24,000 nucleotides of DNA from Tenacibaculum phage Larrie, in sequence record ON950054.1; one strand, 5' to 3'. The first letter of the stretch is position 1. The number at the start of each line of letters is the position of its first letter. Below the pieces are notes generated by a model. The model saw nothing but the letters and a program-made list of their open reading frames with translations, did not search any database and was not told the origin of the DNA. Position numbers and translations under genes: made by a program. This document shows positions 16,133-22,268 of the stretch, in pieces.

Positions 16133-16177
16133 TTAAAAAAAAGGTTTTACATAAAAAAATTGTTTATGTAAAACCTT
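16133..16177 (-). terminator. Rho-independent terminator for minus-strand transcription
   Basis: 15-bp perfect inverted repeat AAGGTTTTACATAAA / TTTATGTAAAACCTT (16141-16155 / 16163-16177) with a 7-nt loop. On the minus strand it is followed by a run of T residues (A-tract at 16135-16140). Confidence 0.85.
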
Positions 16178-16322
16178 GATTTTCAACTCTCTTTTTTAAG
16201 TCTACCGAATAGAAGAAAAAGAAAAAGTTTTAGTTATTAGTTTTTTAAATAAGTTTTATAAATAATATTACTATAAATATTTATGATTTATGATATTACT
16301 ACTCAAACTTAATAGATAAAAT

Positions 16323-16754
16323 CTATTTAACTGTGCGAATTTGAAAATGAGGTAAATCTTTAATCGATTTAAAATCGCCGCCCCATTCAAAAATCTCGTT
16401 TTCTTTAAAAATTCCCTCCTTCGTCATTAAGTCAAATTCTTCAAAGAAGATTTTCGCAACCTCGCCGTATTTATATTCACAGCCCCAGCAAGCACCGTGT
16501 TCATCATAAATAAAAATGTCGAAAGCAAATCCCGATTGGTGATAGCTTAATTTTATATAACCATCTGCATTCGTTACTTTAGGTACTTTTTTAAATAACT
16601 GGTTTTGTCTTTTTGCGGTTCTTTTTCCGCCGTCTCTAGGGATTCCGAAGTCGTGTTCGCTTAATACTAAAACTCTCTTTATTAGCTGTATTAATCGACT
16701 ATCTACCCCCTCCAAGTTTTTTTCGGAGTTTTTACTAAGTTTATGGTTTTTCAT
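16323..16754 (-). CDS. Endolysin, M15-type peptidase
   Basis: 143 aa with SYHQSGFAFDI (SxHxxGxAxD metal site) and WGGDFKSIKDLPHFQI (WGGxF...D.PHF), matching phage L-alanyl-D-glutamate peptidases. Confidence 0.88.
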   Translation of the reverse strand: MKNHKLSKNSEKNLEGVDSRLIQLIKRVLVLSEHDFGIPRDGGKRTAKRQNQLFKKVPKVTNADGYIKLSYHQSGFAFDIFIYDEHGACWGCEYKYGEVAKIFFEEFDLMTKEGIFKENEIFEWGGDFKSIKDLPHFQIRTVK

Positions 16755-17241
16755 GCTTAAAATTTTTATCTGTTACCTCACAATTTCCTTTTTGCTCTAT
16801 TCCTGAAAGAAACTTTATCGCCATAGAGCTAATAAAGTTCCTAAGACTTTTTAACAGCATGGAAACAATATCAACTTTATCAAGTACTTTTTTGTACTTA
16901 GCCATATAAATATTACCAATTATCGAGTAACTTTCAGATATTAAAAGCACACAGATAACAATATTTACAGTTACGGAAAAATCATATTTCATCGCTTTAC
17001 CAAGCAAAGAAACAATCAGGGGGACAATCAAAATACATAGTTTTAAACAGAATCCCCACAACAAAATCTTAAAGCTAAACTTTTCGCCAAGCTGTACGGC
17101 TTTAATTGCTCCCAGTACTGAATCTATACACATAAATACAATTAATATTCCGAAAGCTTCTTTATCAATTCCCAAATAGACAAAGATAACATAGGCAAAT
17201 AGTTTAAAAAATTGTTCTAAATAATTCTCGAACCTATCCAT
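16741..17241 (-). CDS. Holin-like membrane protein
   Basis: 166 aa. AFGILIVFMCIDSVLGAIKAVQLGEKFSFKILLWGFCLKLCILIVPLIVSLLG resembles the ALxxLMxxDyitGvxxA... layout of the toxin-secretion/phage-lysis holin family. It overlaps the endolysin gene. Confidence 0.75.
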   Translation of the reverse strand: MDRFENYLEQFFKLFAYVIFVYLGIDKEAFGILIVFMCIDSVLGAIKAVQLGEKFSFKILLWGFCLKLCILIVPLIVSLLGKAMKYDFSVTVNIVICVLLISESYSIIGNIYMAKYKKVLDKVDIVSMLLKSLRNFISSMAIKFLSGIEQKGNCEVTDKNFKHEKP

Positions 17242-17648
17242 TATTTTAATTCTTTTTGTATTGAATACATAGCCAAAATTAAAGAGACTATTAAAAACAA
17301 TCCTTCAAATAAGCTCATATAAAGAACTTTTGGAAGTCCTAGTATATTATCTAATATCCAGTAAAAAATATTTACTAAAATGTACCCCAAAATTGCCCAA
17401 AGAGATATTTTGGTGTACATACAAAAGTTAAATCTGTAAACTATGTAAAAGTAAGGCATTAATGAGAATAAGGAAAATCCGAAAGTATAGCTAATTAAAC
17501 TATAAAAAGTTTTATAGCTCTTGTCAAAAAAGTAGTAATAGTTAGTGCAAATGCAAATTATTAAAAGTGCAATTAAAGGAATCATTGACAAAACCCTCTT
17601 AAATAGAGGGCTGTCAATAAATTTCTCAACAATGTTAGTTTGCTTCAT
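17241..17648 (-). CDS. Small multi-span membrane protein in the lysis block
   Basis: 135 aa, about four hydrophobic segments, start/stop overlap with the holin-like gene. Confidence 0.6.
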   Translation of the reverse strand: MKQTNIVEKFIDSPLFKRVLSMIPLIALLIICICTNYYYFFDKSYKTFYSLISYTFGFSLFSLMPYFYIVYRFNFCMYTKISLWAILGYILVNIFYWILDNILGLPKVLYMSLFEGLFLIVSLILAMYSIQKELK

Positions 17649-17742
17649 CGTCCTTTTCTTTTGGGTCGGGAAGACTTCCGCCTCCTCCGATTACTCCGTC
17701 CAATTCTTCTTTTTCAACAATGTTTAAAGTCTCTTTCTTCAT
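17635..17742 (-). CDS. Short peptide (35 aa) with a double-glycine leader-like motif
   Basis: Minus-strand ATG at 17742 reads MKKETLNIVEKEELDGVIGGGGSLPDPKEKDDEAN, stop at 17635, overlapping the next gene start by 14 nt. It sits exactly in the gap left by the supplied track. Confidence 0.5.
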   Translation of the reverse strand: MKKETLNIVEKEELDGVIGGGGSLPDPKEKDDEAN

Positions 17743-17748
17743 AAGTAA

Positions 17749-18636
17749 TTAAGTGTTTTTTGTGTATTCAATATAGATTAATTTATTTTGCAGAAATTCA
17801 TATCCGCCAGTAATTTCAAATGAATTTGAGGTCAACGTAACCGAAGCCTCAATACTTCCAATAGGTGCAACTCCAATAACGCTGCCGCCTATCTCGCTAT
17901 TATCGTCTACATAAACGATTTGCGAAATGTCTTCTCTCGCTTTTTCTTTTGGATTTGAATAGTTTAACCCGTTCTCCCAAGATTCAAAGCGTAGGTATTT
18001 ATCTATGTTTAGGTTGTGCTGTAAAAAGTAGCTCCCGTCTATTTTTTCGGGAACGTTTACTAATACAGCGTAAACCTTTTTGCCTAAATAATTATAGTTA
18101 ATGTAGTCCTCCCCCTCGTTAAGATTAAAGGGCGTATTATAATACCCTTTGTCTTTCCAGTCTAAAGTATCTCCTCTTTCAGATACTACAGGGATAGACC
18201 CCGATTCTGCGAACTCTGTTGGTGTGTCGATTAAGTCTAAGTAACTTAGCTCAATGTTCTGTGCCAAAACATATTCAACACCATTAGAGTTTGTCACGTC
18301 ATACTCAAATAAAATAGACCCAGTGTACACCGTGTAAGTGTCTGCGTCTGTTCCTCCTGTTGGGGTCAGCTCTACATCAAAAAACCATCTACCTTGCACA
18401 GTTTCAACTAAATTTCCCGTTAAAACGTTATAGTAGTCTCTAGTTTTATTCCTATGCATTACAAGATACCTATTGTCAATAATATCAAAAGAACGAAAGC
18501 TTTTATCGTCAGGGTGTCTCTTCATCCATGCTTTCATAGTTCCCTCATAAGTTTTCCCTAAATCAATTTTTAGAGTATCTCCCCTGTGAGCTTTTATCGT
18601 TCTAAGATTTCTTATCGTGCTTGTCTGTCCTATCAT
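17749..18636 (-). CDS. Probable virion structural protein
   Basis: 295 aa, beta-rich composition, positioned between the capsid and lysis genes. Function inferred only from context. Confidence 0.45.
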   Translation of the reverse strand: MIGQTSTIRNLRTIKAHRGDTLKIDLGKTYEGTMKAWMKRHPDDKSFRSFDIIDNRYLVMHRNKTRDYYNVLTGNLVETVQGRWFFDVELTPTGGTDADTYTVYTGSILFEYDVTNSNGVEYVLAQNIELSYLDLIDTPTEFAESGSIPVVSERGDTLDWKDKGYYNTPFNLNEGEDYINYNYLGKKVYAVLVNVPEKIDGSYFLQHNLNIDKYLRFESWENGLNYSNPKEKAREDISQIVYVDDNSEIGGSVIGVAPIGSIEASVTLTSNSFEITGGYEFLQNKLIYIEYTKNT

Positions 18637-18725
18637 TTATAAATTGGTTTTAGACACTTTTTACAAAAGTGATATATTTGTACGGTTTTTAAAATAAAAG
18701 TGTCTAAAACGCTTTTACTTTAACT

Positions 18726-19334
18726 TTATGAAGGGAGAACAGAGTTCTGAATATTTCTCGCAAGCTCTCCAAGAGAAGGCTCTCTAACCACTGCAATATC
18801 AGGAGTTGCAATTGTAACAGTGTAGAAATTTGAATTTTGAGAACCTGTATACGCTCTCTCTAAACCTGTAATTTTTAAACCAATAACAGCACCGAACAGC
18901 TCATAAAGTCCTGTAGACCTATCAACTGCTATAGCGATAACACGACCTTTCGATAATGTTTCTAAAGTCTTTCTAGCTTTTGAGCTTTTGTTAAATACTG
19001 TAAACTGAATAGAGTGGATAAACCAAGTATCTCCATTTTCCTTTACTTCTCCCGTTACCGTTGGGTTAACTGAGTAATCTGTACCAGCAAATACAAAAGG
19101 AGTAACGTCAGGCTTTAAATAAATTGCTTTCAATCCTACTGGATTTCCTAGTTCTCCAAGGGGCGCGTCAGGGTCAGGGTCATCAACAATATTTGTCGGC
19201 GCAAATGTAGATGTAAAATCGAAATCGTCATAATTCACTAAAAGTAAATCTTTCTCTACGCCGATAGGAGCATTAATTGTCTCACAATGTTTGTTGATTC
19301 CTTCAGTTATTAAATTTGAACAATCAAAAATCAT
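18726..19334 (-). CDS. Probable virion structural protein
   Basis: 202-aa ORF directly after the probable capsid gene. Context only. Confidence 0.45.
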   Translation of the reverse strand: MIFDCSNLITEGINKHCETINAPIGVEKDLLLVNYDDFDFTSTFAPTNIVDDPDPDAPLGELGNPVGLKAIYLKPDVTPFVFAGTDYSVNPTVTGEVKENGDTWFIHSIQFTVFNKSSKARKTLETLSKGRVIAIAVDRSTGLYELFGAVIGLKITGLERAYTGSQNSNFYTVTIATPDIAVVREPSLGELARNIQNSVLPS

Positions 19335-19366
19335 ATAATAATATTTTTAATTTATTAATACTTTAA

Positions 19367-19395
19367 AAAAAAGGGAGTAGTTAGCTCCCTTTTTT
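19367..19395. terminator. Rho-independent, potentially bidirectional terminator
   Basis: AAAAAAGGGAG-TAGTTAG-CTCCCTTTTTT: an 11-bp stem with a 7-nt loop between the capsid gene and the 202-aa gene. Confidence 0.8.
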
Positions 19396-19423
19396 ATTTT
19401 ATTCTTCTACTAATTTCTATCTA

Positions 19424-20416
19424 CTATGCGATAGTTTCAGCAGTGTAGTAACATACCTCCTCTGGGCGTACTAAGAAAATATCTAATGCTAAAGTTAAAC
19501 ACATACCCCAAACTCTTGAGAATTTACTGTCTCGGTCTACTGTTACGTTATTATAGTCTGCACTAGATGAAGTACCTAACTGAATCGCGTCAGTTCTGAA
19601 ATCTCCCGTCATTGACGCTAACATGATGTCGTTATCAGGGAAAGAAGGATTTTCAATAATATCAAATCCACCGTAACGCATTACTCCTTCCTCAGTAACA
19701 TCAACACCTTTAAAGTTTAACTTTAAACGTTGAGCTGTACGGATTAAATCTCCTGTTGCATGGTTTACCATGAATTTACGACCAGTTCTTTTACGCATTG
19801 CAGAAGTCTGCTTGCTAATTAAAAGCTCTAACTTGTCGAATACATTGTCTGCTGTTAAAACTTCAGCTTGATTTTCTCCTGTTCCTCCTGCGTGCGCTCT
19901 AAAGGCAATATGAGTGTTGGCAGTGATTTGAGTTGGAGTTGCTTTAGCTCCGTTTAAAGAGGTAAGAACGTTACTTCTTAATTGAGGAATTAATCCTGTT
20001 ACTTCAGGAGAACCGTTTGTTAATATGTCCTCTACAGCTTCAGCGGCAGTTCCTAAAAATAACTCTTCTAAAGAACGTTGTACGTTGTCAGGTAAAGACT
20101 CCCACTGGAATACTCCGCTTGGTTGGAACTCTAACCAGTAAGAGTGGTAATCTTTAGGGTCAAACTCCTCAAAAGATTCTAATTCAGCTAAAGAACGCTT
20201 ATAAGCTTCTTTCTTTAAAGTTGATGCGTTTGCTTGAGCTGCTGGGTTAGAGGTTCTAGCTCTTAAAACATTCTGTACATCATGCTTGTAAGCTGTATAT
20301 CCATCCTTGTCTCCTTCGTTCATATACGCTAAACTCTTTTGGATGAAGATATTTCCTGTTAATGCTCTTGTTAAAATTCCAACTGGTGCTTTACCTACGT
20401 TAAATTGTTGTGCCAT
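19424..20416 (-). CDS. Probable major capsid protein
   Basis: 330 aa, directly downstream of the prohead protease gene and bounded downstream by a terminator. Segments such as TADNVFDKLELLISKQTSAMRKRTGRKFMVNHATGDLIRTAQRLK and RYGGFDIIENPSFPDNDIMLA are capsid-like. Confidence 0.72.
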   Translation of the reverse strand: MAQQFNVGKAPVGILTRALTGNIFIQKSLAYMNEGDKDGYTAYKHDVQNVLRARTSNPAAQANASTLKKEAYKRSLAELESFEEFDPKDYHSYWLEFQPSGVFQWESLPDNVQRSLEELFLGTAAEAVEDILTNGSPEVTGLIPQLRSNVLTSLNGAKATPTQITANTHIAFRAHAGGTGENQAEVLTADNVFDKLELLISKQTSAMRKRTGRKFMVNHATGDLIRTAQRLKLNFKGVDVTEEGVMRYGGFDIIENPSFPDNDIMLASMTGDFRTDAIQLGTSSSADYNNVTVDRDSKFSRVWGMCLTLALDIFLVRPEEVCYYTAETIA

Positions 20417-20451
20417 AATAATATAATTTTTTAGTGTTAATTTACATTTTT

Positions 20452-20559
20452 GCCCTTGGGCTTATAGATTGCTCTTATGAGCTAAATTATTTGTCCTTAA
20501 GGACTATTTATAGTTGCCTTTTCGGCTGGTGTTGTTTTGTGTCGGTTATTGTTTTAACC
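20452..20559. promoter_or_regulatory. Row of short hairpin-forming sequences between the protease and capsid genes
   Basis: GCCC-TT-GGGC (20452-20461), GCTC-TTAT-GAGC (20471-20482), GTCCTTAAGGAC (20493-20504), GCC-TTTTC-GGC (20516-20526), GGTTA-TTGTTT-TAACC (20544-20559). Confidence 0.5.
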
Positions 20560-22267
20560 CTGCCTCTCTTAATGCTTTTCCGAAAGGAGTATCATTTACA
20601 GCTAAAGCCGATGTTTTTGGTGTCTCCTTCCCTTTAGGTCTAAAGTTAGATACAGGAATATCACCTAAAGCTACGAATGCAGCCGTTACTTCTTTTTCAA
20701 ACTTTTCAGTTTTATCGATAGAGCTATTTACTAAGTCTGTCAGCTCCTCAACTTTTTTAATGTCCCCCTCCATCAACATTTCTACTGTCTTTTGTAAAGA
20801 ATCAATTTTCCCAACTAAAGCATTATAGTCATCCATAGAAACGACTTTTTTATCCTCGTCTCCTTCTCCTCCTGCTGGTGGTGGTGTTTCGTCTCCTTCT
20901 CCTCCTGCTGGTGGTGGTGTTTCGTCTCCTTCTCCTCCTGCTGGTGGTGTTTCGTCTCCTTCTCCTGCGGGCATTTCTTTTATGATTTGCTTAATTACGT
21001 AATCTTCAATAACTAACTTTGAGCCATCTGATAAGGTTACTTCCCCATTCTCTAAACTGGTTTTGTCTCCTTCTTGATAGGTAGATAGTTCGTTTTGGAA
21101 AATCTCAATAGCTCCACCTTTATCATTATAATAAACTTGATTTACAATTTTTGAACCATTCATTTTAGCTGCAAATCTGTTGATTGCGTTTAATGCTGTT
21201 TTCATGTTTATAATTTTACATTGTTTTACCTGTTTCATAGAGTATTTCTTTTTTTCTAACTCTACAATTTCGTGTACGAATCCTAATTCAAGAGCCTTCT
21301 CAGGACTTAAATATGTCTCCGCTTTCATCAATTCTCTTACCTTGTCGATGCTTGTTCCTGTAAATTCTGAATAAAGCTCGAACATTATTTCCTCCAAAAA
21401 CCTAAGTTCTTGAATATATTCTTCTAAGTCGTCGGCGTTAACATAATCTAAGTCAAGCTTTGAAAACATAGGATTATGAACCATAATTTCACCGTGAACG
21501 CTAATTATCCTAACGTCAGCCACAAGCATAATCAAAGAGGCTATGCTATAAGAGTTTGCTGAAACTATGGTAATTACTTTTTTACCCATCCCCCTAAGTT
21601 CCTCAAGCCATACCATAATCGAAAATCCTTCGTCAACGTCTCCTCCTTGACTTCTAATATCAACAATCAATGTGTCAAATGATTCAGGACTTCCAGCCTG
21701 AGACCTCAAGGATTCTAAAGTCTCATTTTCTAGAACTTCCCCGTGAAGCTTTACAGTTTTAATTCTTTCTTCCATTTTTAAAGATTTACTCTTATTATTA
21801 CTGGCAAAAATCATTTTAATAAAATCTAAATAAGAAACTGTGTCAATAGACCCTATTCTGCTCCAGCCTTTTTCGTAGTTACTTAGATAACTTTCTTTTG
21901 CGTCTTTTTCTGATTCAAATCCAAACATTACCTTTTCTTCGTCAAAATCTCCATTTTTATCATTTTGATTTATAATGAAAACTTTATTAACTACGTCTAA
22001 TTTGTCACCTAGAAAAATATCTATCTCCTCTCCATCTGCTCCAATAGTATTTTCTATAAATCCGTAAGTGTTATTCATTTTGATTTTCCACTCTGAACCG
22101 TCTTCATTTAGTCCAACTCTATGAGAGTCTTTGGGGTTTTCAATACAAACGGTTATACCAAAAATATTGACTTTTCCTTTTTGGTATTCCCCGCTTTCTC
22201 TTTGTTCGTGCGTTAGATTAGTATTAGTTTCTAATTCTGCCTTTTTTATTTTTTCATAAATATTCAT
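20546..22267 (-). CDS. Fusion protein: pyrophosphatase-like domain, ClpP-like prohead protease, repeat linker and scaffold-like C-terminus
   Basis: The likely start is the Met of MNIYEKIKKAEL at 22267, which abuts the upstream stop. N-terminus LTHEQRESGEYQKGKVNIFGITVCIENPKDSHRVGLNEDGSEWKIKMNNTYGFIENTIGADGEEIDIFLGD. ClpP-like VDIRSQGGDVDEGFSIMVWLEEL...VITIVSANSYSIASLIMLVADVRIIS...IMVHNP. C-terminal Pro/Gly/Glu repeats and a predicted coiled coil. Confidence 0.8.
   Translation of the reverse strand: MNIYEKIKKAELETNTNLTHEQRESGEYQKGKVNIFGITVCIENPKDSHRVGLNEDGSEWKIKMNNTYGFIENTIGADGEEIDIFLGDKLDVVNKVFIINQNDKNGDFDEEKVMFGFESEKDAKESYLSNYEKGWSRIGSIDTVSYLDFIKMIFASNNKSKSLKMEERIKTVKLHGEVLENETLESLRSQAGSPESFDTLIVDIRSQGGDVDEGFSIMVWLEELRGMGKKVITIVSANSYSIASLIMLVADVRIISVHGEIMVHNPMFSKLDLDYVNADDLEEYIQELRFLEEIMFELYSEFTGTSIDKVRELMKAETYLSPEKALELGFVHEIVELEKKKYSMKQVKQCKIINMKTALNAINRFAAKMNGSKIVNQVYYNDKGGAIEIFQNELSTYQEGDKTSLENGEVTLSDGSKLVIEDYVIKQIIKEMPAGEGDETPPAGGEGDETPPPAGGEGDETPPPAGGEGDEDKKVVSMDDYNALVGKIDSLQKTVEMLMEGDIKKVEELTDLVNSSIDKTEKFEKEVTAAFVALGDIPVSNFRPKGKETPKTSALAVNDTPFGKALREAGLKQ
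20858..20968. repeat. In-gene tandem repeat, 33-bp unit encoding GEGDETPPPAG
   Basis: Units GTCTCCTTCTCCTCCTGCTGGTGGTGGTGTTTC at 20858-20890 and 20891-20923, a 30-bp variant at 20924-20953 and a 15-bp partial at 20954-20968. Confidence 0.9.
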
Positions 22268-22268
22268 T

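Noticed and set aside
17594-17610. Hairpin CCCTCT-TAAAT-AGAGGG as a terminator
   Set aside because: The stem is only 6 bp, it has no T-tract and it lies inside the coding region of the 135-aa membrane protein.
20858-20968. CRISPR-like array
   Set aside because: The units are directly contiguous, in frame with a protein and have no spacers, so they form an in-gene tandem repeat.
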